Below are positions 11,755 through 24,588 of a stretch of 64,000 nt of DNA, piece by piece. The stretch's first letter is position 1. Each line of letters opens with the position of its first letter. The stretch is from assembly GCF_004010195.1 (NCBI RefSeq), contig NC_057719.1, positions 62,126,079-62,190,078 on the forward strand. Direction: 5' to 3'. The position numbers were made by a program, and so were the translations under genes. A model generated the notes under the pieces. It had not been told where the DNA came from. It saw nothing but the letters and a program-made list of their open reading frames with translations, and made no database searches. This DNA is from Chiloscyllium plagiosum (lineage: Eukaryota).

Positions 11755-12909
11755 AAGCCAGAAAATTCTGATGTAGGTTTTCCAACATTCTTGGAATGTT
11801 TAAAATGAAATGAGAGGCTAATATTTCCAAATGCAGGCTTTTTTTGTGGCCTCTTTTCCTTTCTCTCTATTGGCTAGTGTTTATTTTTCAATTCCAAGGA
11901 TAGCATCCCAATCTCACATTGACTTCCAACCCTGCACCATGGAAACATGCACACTACAATTTTGATGGGTGGAAAGCAGGAAGTTACATCTTCTGTTAAT
12001 GGTAACAGATGCAGGAAGTGAGCAGGACCCAGTAAGAAGCACGCCAGATTTTTCAATGGAAAGCCAGCTTTTTAAATGGTAGGATGTAATTTGTACGCAA
12101 TATGGAAACCCAATGTGAGAAGAGAAGACCTCTAGTCTTTGCAGTTGGTAAATTTTGATGGTCAGTTTTCCATGTCAGATAGTGATTGAAAGCAGAAAGC
12201 CATCTCAGGCTTGATTTTTGACTCTGGCTCAGGCAATGATGCAAGACCTGGCAGACAATGTAAGCTCTTCCCAAGAACTTTGCTTAATGCACATATTCTC
12301 AAATCCTGTTGTGGGCAATTTTGAGTGTATCACTGTCTTCTAGTTAACCACTTCCACTACAATCCATTTATTTATGAATTTGTGAATTGAACTTTGATCT
12401 TCTGTGCAGATGAGGTTCCTTCTGATGACTGTGCTGATTGATGAACAAAATCCAATTGTACATTTTTTAATCAGATGGTTTAATTAAACACGACATAAAA
12501 AAAAACTTACCTTCAAGCTTTCTGAACAAATTAATTGTCAAGCGCTAATAGTATTAAATTGAACATTCCATTGTGTGAATTTAGATAATTCATGATTGAA
12601 ATATCTGATTTACCTCATCAATTTGTATTCAAATAATTGGTTTATAGATCTCAATTAAATTACTGTATATTTATTTGCAATGTGCATATCTATAGTCCCC
12701 TTATTTCTAACTTGGAGTTAGTATAAGACGCAAGTTGAGTAAGATGTTGGAAAGTAACAAAATTGCTAGCTTTTCTTAAGTAACAATGTTTTCGTTTTCC
12801 TGTGTGCAACTTGCCAAACTGTGCAAACCAGAACATGTTAAAATTCTGCAAGGCCTGGATAGAAATCTTTTGTTGGCTCTAAGTGTCCTGTGTGTGACAG
12901 TATAGTTGG

Positions 12910-13275
12910 AGTTGAGAAGAATGAGATGGTCTCATGCACATAGGATTCGTAAGGGACTGTCGGATAAATGCAGAGAGGATGTTTCCACTCATAATCTAGG
13001 CCCAGAGGGCATAGCCTTAGAATAAAAGGGTACCAATTTAAGAATGAGATAAGGAGAATTTTTTTCTGAGGGTTGAGAGTCTTTGGAATTCCTTGCCACA
13101 GTAAGCTGTGGAGCAGAGCCCTTGTTTCTTAATGACCTGAGGTAAATAGATCAATAGGGGAATCGAGGATTATTGGGAAAATACAGGAAAGTGGATGAGG
13201 AATGTTGGATCGAATTGTGGTGCAGGCTTGAGGAGTCAAATGACTTACTCCTGCTCTTAGTTCTTCTGGCCTTAT
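12910..13275 (+). mobile_element. Old CR1 LINE 3' fragment
   Basis: CR1-type 3' end (CAGAGGGCATAG...CTGAGGGTTGAGAGTCTTTGGAATTCC...ACTCCTGCTC). Confidence 0.7.
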
Positions 13276-13954
13276 TTGTGCTCAATCAGAAAGACCATCC
13301 CGTGTAAAAACTACCAGTTATTCAGAGGCCATGTGATGCAGAATTTGTTCATATGGTACTGGTTCAGAGGACCTTCCACCATGGTCTTTACTAGACAAGT
13401 GCAAGTAAAATGTTGAAAACAAGACCAGGAACTCTTCCTTGCGTTGAAGTGACCTAAGCACTTCACTCGGTAACTTGTGAGGCTTTGTGGATTGTGCTCT
13501 AATGTTTTGGACACCCAAGAAACTTTTTCTCAATGCTTCATGATAACATGACAGCAATTGTCATGAGTGGGAGATCTGAAACAGACTCCTTCAAAGTCTG
13601 GATTTGAGGCAAATGAAACTCTGTTACTTCCCATAATATTTACAAAAACACTGCTGGTGGCAATTCACCTAATCAAAGATCAACTGCCTCTGGTTTGAGT
13701 ATTAAATACTGCCCAGATGGAAAGCACTTAAACTTCTATTACTTTTGTGACAAGTCCTTCATACCAAACTGAGCTGGTCTTAATAGATATCTATGATCTG
13801 CAGACTATGGTGTCATTACTCACCTTGCACCAGATTTGCAAGACCGACACCAGATCAAATATGTAATTTCAGCCTTCTGCAAATAACCGTAACAAATGTT
13901 TGACAACAAAGTCAACAATAGTCTTGTCATGACCACTCTGGTAACCAGGCCTGT

Positions 13955-14280
13955 TCAGTGATACCCTCAAGGTCTCACTGGCGAGGTGCAGCATTCCCAC
14001 AGATACCTGGGAATCACTGGCCCAAGGTCACTTGAAGTGGAGGAAGAGTATCCGAGCAGGCATCGAGCACCTCGAGACTTGCCGTCGGGGGGAAAGAAGA
14101 TGGAAGCCAGGTGAAAACGGTGAAAGGAGTGCAGTGCCACGCCAATGCCCCACCTGCCCCAATGTTGAAGCCTGCAGTAGCCATATTGGTCAGTACGGCC
14201 ACGAATGGACTCACTCTGAGAGTGGGAGAGTCATCCTTATCTTTGAGGGCCTGCTGCTGCTGTTGCTGATGATGATGTAT
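13955..14280 (+). mobile_element. RTE-clade LINE 3' end
   Basis: Translates as DTLKVSLARCSIPTDTWESLAQGHLKWRKSIRAGIEHLE, then a CPTC...HIG..GH.WTH zinc-finger-like C-terminus and a (GCT/GAT)n tail, typical of RTE ORF ends. Confidence 0.7.
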
Positions 14281-14993
14281 CAACGTCAGATGGGTGTCTA
14301 GAGAAATTCCATCAGCAAAGCATCTTTCGTATCCACAGCATTCAATGGGAGAAGTGTTTCTCAAATGTTTGTCGTCTTTTTGAGTCTGATGGACAGACCA
14401 CTGATTCTGCTTGACTGAAAACTGTGCCTCCTAACCAGGTCCTAGGTTTTTAAAATGACACCAGTGTTCCATGGAGGATTCAAAGCTCGCCTTGAAGCAT
14501 GGCAACATGAATAATAATAATCAGCAAGGATGCGCTACCAGTTGCTCCAAATAGTTACAAAATGTTCATTAAGCTACATCACTCGTCGAGTTTGAAAACC
14601 TTAATCGATGAGGCAGAAAGGAAAGAAAAAGGAACAGAATTCTCCCTTCAGGAGCACACAGCCTTGTCTCCAGAGATCAGTTAGTCAACACTCGGCTTGT
14701 TCAGTCATATGTGAACCTGTGACAGAAACTCTCATTTTCTGAGTAGATATTATTCTCGAGGGACAGTCAATGACTGGTATAATAGTAATAAGGGTGTCTT
14801 GCCAAAAGGAGAATTGAAGAAACCAGGCAATGTTTTCTTTTAAAGTAGCTAAAATGTCCCAATTTCTTTCTGATAAGTGGCCGGCTGAAAGTTTTGAGAT
14901 CTGGTAGCACAAACACTACTCACTCTTTTGAGCAGAGAAAGGAACACTGAGAAGATACTTGGATTGTCTGTTCTTTAACCAATCAGCCCTTTG

Positions 14994-15120
14994 CTGATGA
15001 AGGGCTTATGCCCAAAATGTTGATTTCTCCTGCTTCTCAGATGCTGCCTGACCCACCTGTGCTTTTCCAGCACCACACTCTCGACTCTGAACTCCAGCAT
15101 CTGCAGTTTTCACTTTTTCC
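14994..15120 (+). mobile_element. Family A Penelope-derived element, degenerate hammerhead
   Basis: CTGATGAAGGGCTTATGCCCAAAATGTTG (G12>A, CpG-type decay) followed by the family A body GATGCTGCCTGACC...CCAGCATCTGCAG. Confidence 0.8.
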
Positions 15121-16994
15121 CAATGACCTTTTACACCTAGAAGAACAAAGATCAACACAATATGGGAACACCACCAACTGGAAGTTCTCCTCCAAGCCAC
15201 TCACCATCCCAAGACCCTGTAAATGGTACGATATCACCGTTCCTTAATTGTTACTGAGTCAAAATTCTTGATCTCCCTTTCAAACTGCACTCTGCGTGTC
15301 TCTTCACTTCAGAACTACAGCGGTTTAAGAAGGTAGTTCATCACTCCATTCACAAAGCAACTTTGTGCCCAGCCAGCAATGCACCATCCTGTGAATAAAT
15401 AAATCACATTGAGTCAGTTTTTCCATCTATTTTGTTTCTTCTCTGCTGTTATAATGTGTCTAAAACCTCTCATGCAGCTGTATGAGGAAGTCTCCATGTT
15501 GGAAAGAATTCCCATCCTAATGATGAGCTGACTGTCACCTACGCTATTTGTCATTCAAACGTTTGGAAACATTTAGTAATGGAATAAAAAGCAGCTTCAA
15601 GTATAAGCTTCTCCTAACCTAAAATCGACCTCGACTCAGTAGAGGAATTTGTTTTGATTTTTCTCTAAGCCACATTACTGACTCCACTGTATAAACAGGA
15701 TGCTGACTGCAACTTATCCAAAGGCCAGTTTATGAGATCCATGTATGTACTGAGTAAAAATAACCATATCCTTTTTGTGAGTTGTGTGCTGACTTACTTT
15801 CTTGCCAGCCCAATTTGTCTTTGTACAGAACAGTGAGCATTAAGGCAATAACATTCATTGCTGTGGAGGCTAAAATCTTGCTTTTGATGGCTGCATTCCC
15901 TTCGTGGAAAAGGTTACCTCGAGAACACTGGCATTCCACTTCTGAAAGGTTGCTACCACAAACATTTGCATCTATAAAGCACCTTCAAAACTAGTAAATA
16001 CAAATATATATCTCTAAGTCCTGTGTGCACTTCTGCTAAACAGGATCTGAACCAACGTTTTACATGATCTTGGATGGGTTTTTCCACTCTGGAAGAAAAT
16101 GTGGATGGGAGGTGGGTGTAGGGGAAGGAAAGCAAGTTGCAAATGCCGAGGGGAAAAAAACTAAAAGGACACTAGAATTAAACATTCAACCCATTGACTT
16201 GACTTTGGCGAAAGCATGGCTAAAATTTGTCTCCCAATTTTTTTTTAAAAGAAGGATTTATACTTCTGCAAGTTGGATATTAGGATGGCTTTCCACTTTC
16301 AAGTGCTTTATAGCTTATCAGGCTAAGGACAGGCAATGTGGCAGTCAGCTTACGCACACTGTGGTAAGACCTCTCAAACCATGTGTTATGGTTCTGTCTG
16401 CTGTCAGCAGTTGTAGTAAGTTGTTGAGCACAGTGGGATATTTCACTTGGGAGGCACAGATGAAAGTCAAGTATTCACTTTCTTTTTAGAAGGGTCCATT
16501 CAAATAACAGATGGCTGGTCCGGGTTAACTGCTGAAGGTGGATGACTGAAGTAAATGCGCTTAAAGCAGTCTCTCCTCTTTTTAATTAATGACAATGCAA
16601 AAGGCAGTGTTTGTGAGCAAGGTTTTTTTTGCTCAATTCAGCTTCGACCTAGAATATTGTAGATAAGGGGAAGTGCCCAGAGTACTTGGGTTTATCCGAA
16701 CATTGCTGTCTATGGAAGAACAATTTGTTACGAGTTGCTGCAGTGCTTCTTAAGCTGTATTATGTTATGATTTTAATACTTCAAAATAAGTGTGACCTCA
16801 GAGGTCTGCTAAGAAGCATCCTGTGTAGTAATGCAGCGTGCATATTTTTATAGTTTTTATGTTATGGATCAACATTGATACTTAACATAAATATGAAAAT
16901 CTGCATTTTAAAATAGTGAGTAAAAATGTTTCTTTTTAAAGAACTCTTAGCTTTTGACCATGTTATCTGCTGGTGACATGATTCAGAGAAGCAT

Positions 16995-17190
16995 CCACTG
17001 CACAGTAACCAGCCCCTCTTCCCTTCTCCCACTCTCTCACTCGCACAGCAACCAGCCCCTCTTCCCTTCTCTCTCACTCACACTCTCACACACAAAAACA
17101 CACGCATACGTGCACACACGCGCGCACACACGCAATAACCAACCCCCCTCTCCTATTCTCTCATGCACAGTAATTGGCCCTTCACCTAAC
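16995..17190. repeat. Diverged ~30-45 bp direct repeats mixed with CT/CA microsatellite
   Basis: GCACAG(T/C)AACCAGCCCCTCTTCCCTTCTC at ~16999 and ~17043, with weaker copies near 17132 and 17165. Confidence 0.7.
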
Positions 17191-17735
17191 ACAAATCAGA
17201 TTCTCCTCCACATGCTCTGCCGCAATAAAAAGGAGTTACCTGGTAGGGAGCCTGTCAAAGCAGACAAGACCAGTATCATAGTAAAGTTTGAAACTTTCTC
17301 AACTCAGTCTTTCAGCCTCCTGACAACTTGCTGCTCAACCTAATGGTTTCTGCTGCACACACACTGCCTCTGCCTGCCCAAACTCAATGTAAAAGCGTCT
17401 CGGTTGCACTTGCACCAACTGCCAGAAGTATTTTTTTGGGGATTAAAGAGTGCATTGGACTCTGGCTGTCCTGCTATTATGTGTCTCTTTCCACCCTCCC
17501 ATGCCATTGTTGCAAGTTAAGTGCAAGATGGTCAGTGGTGATCTGTACATTGGTGGCACTGGATTCTATGATAATTGCTCAGCATTTCTGTAGCATAAAT
17601 ATTATTTGGCACTAATCAGTCCTATGGGATTTAGCACACAACTATAAGTTTGTGATATCTACAGATTTATTTGGAAATGTAAGAAGAGTATTGCACAAGA
17701 ATTAGCCAATAGGATCCATTTGCCACAATTGCAGT

Positions 17736-18053
17736 TTAGATTAGATTAGATTACTTAGTGTGGAAACAGGCCCTTCAGCCCAACAAGTCCACACTGACCC
17801 GCTGAAGCGCAACCCACCCAGACCCATTCCCCTACATTTACCCCTTCACCTAACACTACGGGCAATTTAGCATGGCCAATCCACCTGACCTGCACATCTT
17901 TGGATTGTGGAAGGAAACCGGAGCACCCGGAGGAAACCCACGCAGACACTGGGAGAATGTGCAAACTTCACACAGACAGTCGCCTCAGGTGGGAATTGAA
18001 CCTGGGTCTCTGGCGCTATGAGGCAGCAGTGTTAACCACTGTGCCACCGTGCC
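17736..18053 (-). mobile_element. HE1-type SINE, full length
   Basis: Reverse complement of 8210-8533 including the (TTAGA)n tail. Confidence 0.9.
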
Positions 18054-18358
18054 ATGAAGTTTATATGTATTTAAGCACGTGTGTGGTTCCTCAGTGTATC
18101 TATTGACTGAAATTGTATCCATTTCGTTTCCTTCTGGGAAAAAAAAGGCAGTTTCTAAATGCAGCTAAAATCAAAGCTGCAGTTCCTACGCCTGAGGTGC
18201 TTAATCCTGTCTTTCAAACCATTGTACAACTTAAATGGCTTTGAAAATGTCTCCATGTTAAGTATTTCCAATATGAAAGAAAGAAAGCATGTGGAAGAAT
18301 ATTTGCAAGCACAGATATGGAGAGAAGAGTGTTGGGCAGGGTGGTAATGTCATTAAAG

Positions 18359-18449
18359 TGCTTCCAGATAAACCTGTTGGACTATAACTGGTGTAGTGTG
18401 ATTTTTTTTTTAACTTTGTACACCCCAGTCCAATGCCGGCACCTCCACA
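18359..18449 (+). mobile_element. Family B element lacking everything 5' of the predicted ribozyme cleavage site
   Basis: 9-bp TSD TCATTAAAG at 18350-18358 and 18450-18458. Body starts (G)TGCTTCCA. Confidence 0.8.
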
Positions 18450-18885
18450 TCATTAAAGGGGAAATTTGAGTGCAAGACACAGCTTTGACAACCTGTCTCT
18501 CAGGCAGTACTTAAGTTAGATACAGCTGAGGACTACCTGTATATCTGAGATAGCTTTGTCAAGGACGAAATTCAGAATCTCAACAAGATTTAGTTGATGA
18601 AAAACCTTTGTGATGATTTGAAATTTGGCATTCTTGCAATTGTCTTGATTGCAAAACAAAAAGATTTTACAACATGTTGCTCATTTTATCAAAGCGACGA
18701 TGGACAGGTATGTCCCTTTGCCGTTTTTCTCTTACTAGAGTAACAATTGAGTCAACACTTAGAATTTAAAATATTTCAACAATAGCTTCTCACCTGCGCA
18801 CACGTCGACGTTTCACATGATGGTTACTCTTGGAGTTCCATATGACACTTGTATTTTTCTTTTGAAAAAAACAAGTACTTTCTGT

Positions 18886-19525
18886 TGTAACAGTGCTATC
18901 ACTTTATAACGTTATTTTGTCCTTTTCTTTTTGAAGAGAGGTTATAAGGCAGAGGTGCTGAACTAGCAACTGAAGATGACTTAAGAGAACAACTTGTGAG
19001 GCATTGGGATTTAAAAAAAAAAGTTGGAACAATGGAAGCAATCTGAATGGGTCTGGCCAGCGCTCTCAGATCCAGGTTTCTGGGTTTTTATTTTCAGTTG
19101 CATCAGAAGCCTTTGGGGTCTCAAGAGTTGGAAGCTTCACTGAATGATTCCTAGCTGCTATTCTGTTTGAGCCATCTCTTAATATCTTTTCTTCCTGGGT
19201 TGGAGAACTTCATGTAAGAATCTATGTTTGAACTTGCCTTTTTGCCAAGGGTTGTGCTTGCGGAATGTTACTATATTGCAACGGTTAATTGGTAATAGGG
19301 AAGTATCCATCATATGGTTAAGTTTATGAATAATTAAGTTATTCTAAATTCCTCTTTCTCTTGTTTGTATGAAAATTATAGTGTTTAAATAAATTGTGTT
19401 TGGCTTAATGTCAAGGAGTTTGACCATTCACATTGCATCTGGAATATGGCACTTCACATCTGCCTTTCAAGTAAGAAGTAGTTAGGTCTAGGCTATCTTC
19501 TTAAAATATTTTGAAGGGGTTCCCA
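18886..19525 (+). mobile_element. Possible solo LTR
   Basis: Begins TGTAAC and has LTR-like length and composition with AATAAA near 19388. The 3' terminus and TSD are not clearly seen. Confidence 0.35.
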
Positions 19526-22000
19526 ACGCTATTCTCAAATAGTTTTGCATCCAACATTTAATGGTAATTCTAGGCTCCTGCACTCATTCACTGAAAACAG
19601 CCTGGAGTGAGGTGAATACCACCAAGCACTGATCTTCACAACATTCTCATCAAAGACTTGGCATTTGATTTGTTGAGAAAGTGATCATGAGCTAGCTGTA
19701 CTTGCCTTCTCCTGCCAATGTTTGAAAGTAATCAGTTACAAGTGGAAAAAGGACATTAGTTAAAAAAAAAACCCTCGGCTTTTAACAATCCTTTTCTCCC
19801 CCCAAAAGGTGCGTTATTTGTAATAAATCAATTTTTCAAGGTTACCTTGCACCACTTGTAAGATTGGATGAGAATCTGACAATATGTTTGATCAGTTAAC
19901 TTTATGAAATTGCTAATGGTTAAAATAACGATCTGAATGTAAGCTATTGAATTGCAGTTTTCTTTCTGTGATTATGTTACTGTGTTCTTTTTCTGTGGTG
20001 TAGAGTAGTTAGTAGTGATGAAGAGGCTATTTCACGAATCTTGTCAGTTCTTAAATGCTTTTTACATTAAAATCTGTTATGTCATCAACATTTTGGGGAG
20101 AACAGTTCCAAATTTATTGTTTGAAGTGTCTGTTTAGATGCAAGACTGAGTATGGAACCATTTGTAGGTATATCATTCTTTTCACATATTTGTAACATTG
20201 TGTCTCATCTTTGTCCTTGATTGAAGAAATTGCTAACTACTTCCAAGTGAATGGGAATCTCTAAAGGCTAGTATATTTGCTATATTACTGTTCTGCAATG
20301 TTTTGACTTAATTCCTAACTTAACTTGTCTTCCCCTGAAGCATTTAGTTTGAGGTATCCTGAAAGGCTTTTGTGTTGTCAACCTTAAGTTTCAGCTTATT
20401 TCTGAACTCTCCTGCTCATAGAGTCATAGAGATGTACAGCATGGAAACAGACCCTTCGGTCCAACCTTCGGACCAGATATCCCAACTCAATCTGTTGTAA
20501 TCTGTACTAAGTCACACTTTTCCTCACTCTTGTCTGTTCTTACCATCACTGGTTCCTGGACTTTCAATGCTTTAAATGTAAAGTTTTCATCTTTAGCTGT
20601 TTATGGTTTCACCACATTTTATCTTGATAATGTTCCTGACTGCAAACCTATTACCATGTGCATCCAAACCCTCCAGCTTGCTATGGTTTCCTGTATATAT
20701 TCCTTCCCTTTGTCCAATGTATTGGTAGCTCTGTCTAAAGTCTATCAGAACCCATGTTTTGGAATGTCTCCCTAATTGCCTCAACTTTCCTCTCTTTAAG
20801 AGCCTCCCTAAAACCTACCTTCCTGTCCAAGGCGTTTTTGTTCTATTAGCCCTTAGCTTAGTTTCAAAATTTTTTAGAAAGAACTTGTATTAATTGGAAC
20901 TAATGTTAAACTTGACTAGTTTTAGAAGAAGCCTTCCGGAAATGTTTCATGTGACTACTTGAACAAAAACAGAATTAAGCAGAATGGGCAGATATTGTCT
21001 GCATGAACAAAACAATAGAGTATAAAGACGATATTATGGCACATACGTTTGTGTTAATTGTGATAGTTCTCTTTTCTCTGGATTACCTGGTTGATAATTC
21101 ACAAGTATCTTCCCTGCACTGTCAATATAATTCCATGGAAACAAACATGGGGGGATATTTAACAATCGGCATTTTCTATTACTAAGAGTAAACAACATGT
21201 TGAAAGACATGTTTTAGCCTGTAATCATTAGGACAGATGCAGGAATGCCAAATTTAAAATGGACTAACAATTTATACTGCATTGGACATGATGCTGATCA
21301 GTTGACAAATTAACTCTGACCAAATGATGAATGCATTCGGGAACCGTTGTCCACCAAGTCATCATGTTATCCGATATGTTGTGAGTTTCACAAGCACACT
21401 GGTTGAGTGAAGTCATCACACAGTCATCCAGTCAGAAAGCCTCAACAGTGTGTTGCTGTTACTGAGTACTGTTCAAATTTTGTACCATCAGGTGATTAAT
21501 TGGCATTTCTATCTTTGTTAATGTTTTCACAAATATTTGATGTGGGTATAAACCAGAAATTAACACAATGTCTTCCATTAGTAGCGGCTGAAAAGGTAAA
21601 GATGGTAGACCTGAGAATAAGCTTCCCTTTGCATGCATTGACTTGGGTGATTGTGTACATGATGTTATAATGAGTAAAACCATTCTTTGTTCAAAATAGC
21701 AACAGGTACATCATTCAACCCCTTGAGCCTGTTCCACCATTCAATGCGATCAGTGACCTAACCCCATGAACCCACTTTTGGCCTATATTCCTTAATAACT
21801 TTTGAGTTACAAAAAATATCAATCTCAAATTTAAAATTAACAACTGATCCAGCATCCATGACTGTTTTCGGGAACTCCCAACCCGTAGAAATAGTTTATT
21901 TAGAGACCCTGCATTTTCATGTTAATATCTTGCAAATTTCAAGATAAATAAGATAATAAAACAACTTCTATTCCACTCCCAATAAAAGGACCAACAAGTT

Positions 22001-23725
22001 TTGAGATGATTTGTAGCTCAGGTTGAGGTTCTGGATGTAGGTTTGCTCACTGAGCTGGAAAGTTCATTTCCAGACGTTTCGTCACCCGATTAAGAAACAT
22101 CTTCAGTGGGCCTCCAGACAAAGCACTGCTGGTGTTTCTTGCTTTCTGTTTATATGTTTGTGTTTTCTTGGGTTGGTGATGTCATTTCCTGTTCTTTTTC
22201 TTAGGGGGTGGTAGATGGGGTCTAACTCGATGTGTTTGTTGATAGAGTTCCGGTTGGAATGCCATTCTTCTAGGAATTCTCGTGTCTCTCTCTATTTGGC
22301 TTGTCCTAGGATGCATGTGCTATCCCATTCAAAGTAGTGTCCTTCTTCATCTGTATGTAAGGAAATTAGTGAGACTGGGTCATGTCTTTTTTGTGGCTAG
22401 TTGATGTTCATGTATCCTGGTGGCTAGTTTTCTGCCTGTTTGTCCAATGTAATGTTTGTTACAGTTCTTGCATGGTATTTTGTAAATGACATTAGGTTTG
22501 CTTGTTGTCTGTATAGGGTCTTTCAAGTTCATTAGCTGTTTTAGTGTGTTGTTGGGTTTGTGGGCTACCATGATGCCAAGGGGTCTGAGTAGTCTGGCAG
22601 CCATTTCCGGGATGTCTTTGATGTAGGAGAGCGCGGCGAGGGTTTCTGGGTGCATTTTGTCTGCTTGTTTGAGTTTATTGCTGAGAAATCAGTGGACTGT
22701 GTTCATTGGGTACCCATCCTTATCGAGTACACTGTATATGTGATTTCCTTCTGCTCTGTGTAGTTCCTCTAAGCTGTAGTATGTGGTGGCTCGCTGAAAT
22801 GAAGTTCTGATGAAGCTTTTTTTGTGGATGTTTGGGATGATTGCTTCTTAATTCAATATGTTGTTTTCCTGTAGACGCTAGTTTGAAGCTGGCCATTAGC
22901 TGTTTGCTATACTGCGACATCTAGGAATGGCAGTTTGTTGTTGTTTTCCTCCTCTTCAGTGAATCTTATGCCAGTAAGGTATTATAGATGGTCTTTAAGG
23001 TTTCCTCTCATTTGTTTCGTTTAATGATGACAAAGGTGTCATCCACGTAGCGGACCCAGATTTTCGGTTGGATGGTTGGCAGAGCTGTTTGCTAAAGTCT
23101 CTGCATTACTGTCTCTGCTAAGAATCCTGATTATTGGCGATCCCATAGGTGTTCCATTGGCTTTTCTGTAGGTTTTGTTGTTGAAAGTGAAGTGTGTGGT
23201 AAGGCGTAGGTCCACTAGCTTGATGATACTGTCCTTGCTGATGAAGTTGGTGGTATTTGGTGTTTGTGTCTCTGGGTCTTCTAATAGTGTAGTCAGTGTT
23301 TCCTTGGCTAGGTTGATGTTGATGAATGTGAACCGGGCTGTTACGTCAAAGGAGACCATTATTTCATCCTCTTCTATCTTGGTGTCGTTGATGGTCTTCA
23401 GGAATTCTTGAGTGGAGTGGATGGAGTGGCATGAGTCTTCTAATAAGAGTTTTAGTCTTTGGTGTAGCTCCTCAGCCAATCTTTAAGTTGGTGCTCCAGG
23501 TAACGAGACTATGGGCCTGAGGGGGGGTGCTCCTGGTTTGTGAATTTTGGGTAATCCATAGAAACGTGGTGTATTGGATCCGTCTGGTTCCATCTTTTGA
23601 AGTCGGTCTTATTTATTTCTCCAGATTTCTGAAGTTGTTTTTGAGTTGGGCTGTGATTCGGTTCTCTCGTTGTGGGGTCGGGTCTATCGCCACTTGTTGG
23701 TAAGTGTTGGTATCTGCAACTAGTG
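22001..23725 (-). mobile_element. Penelope-like retroelement, 5'-truncated and frameshifted (RT + GIY-YIG endonuclease + 3' pLTR region)
   Basis: Minus-strand motifs PRFYGLPKIHKP (~23535-23570), MVSFDVTA, GTPMGSP and WVRYVDDTF (~23031-23058), then GIY-YIG NVIYKIPCKNCNKHYIGQTGRKLATRIHEH (ORF 22380-22655). Confidence 0.93.
22070..22109 (-). ncRNA. Minimal type-I hammerhead ribozyme motif at the 3' end of the Penelope element
   Basis: Minus strand reads CCA-CTGAAGA-T-GTTTCTT-AATC-GGGTGAC-GAA-ACGT-C-TGG: stem I CCA/TGG, partly decayed stem II, palindromic ACGT stem III. Confidence 0.8.
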
Positions 23726-23779
23726 CCAGACATCCAAAAGGATGCAACCATTGCAAAAGGAAGGTCCTGCAGATCATTG

Positions 23780-24110
23780 AATCGTAGAATTCCTTTAGTG
23801 TGGGAGCAGGCAATTTGGCTCATCAAGTCCACGCCAATCCTCTGAGGTGTAGCCCATCCAGACTCCCTGCATTTCCCATGACTAATCTACTTAACTTACA
23901 CATCCCCTGACACTCTGGGCAATTTAGCATGGCCAATTCACGTATAACCTGCACATCTTTGCACTGTGGGTGGAAACCAGTGCACTTGGAGGAAGCTCAC
24001 TCGGACATGATGATGTGCAATCTCCACGCACAGTTGCTCGAGAATGGAATCGAACCCGGAGCCCTGGTGCGGTGATGTGACAGTCCTCACCACTGAGCCA
24101 CCTATCTGCC
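23780..24110 (-). mobile_element. Older HE1-type SINE
   Basis: Diverged reverse-complement HE1 core (GGCAATTTAGCATGGCCAATTCA) and tRNA-like head. Confidence 0.8.
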
Positions 24111-24217
24111 TTGCGGTGGATAGAGGAAATCTGAAATGTAAAAAAATCAAGTTTTGAAGAAAAACAAGGGTATTGCTAGCATCTTTGCAGAGAATAAAAG
24201 TTTAATGTTTCAAGTCC

Positions 24218-24588
24218 TGTTTTCCCTGGAGCGCCGGAGGCTAAGGGGTGGCCTTATAGAGGGGCATGGGTAGGGTAAATAGGCAAAGTCTTTTCCCTGG
24301 GGTCAGGGAGTCCAGAACTGGAGGGGAAAGATATAAAAGAGACCTAAGGGGCATCTTTTTCACAGAGAGGGTGGTACATGTATGGAATGAGCTGCCAGAG
24401 GAAGTGGTGGAGGCTGGTACAATTGCAACATTTTAAGAGGCATTTGGGATGGGTATATGAATAGGAAGGGTTTGGAGGGATATGGGCTGGGTGCTGGCAG
24501 GTGGGACGAGATTGGGTTGGGATATCTGGTCCGCATGGACGGGTTGGACTGCAGGGTCTGTTTCCATGCTGTACGTCTCTATGACTCT
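24218..24588 (+). mobile_element. CR1/HER1 3' fragment inserted into a family C element
   Basis: CR1 3' end and tail (CTCTATGACTCT). 6-bp TSD AAGTCC at 24212-24217 and 24589-24594. Confidence 0.85.
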
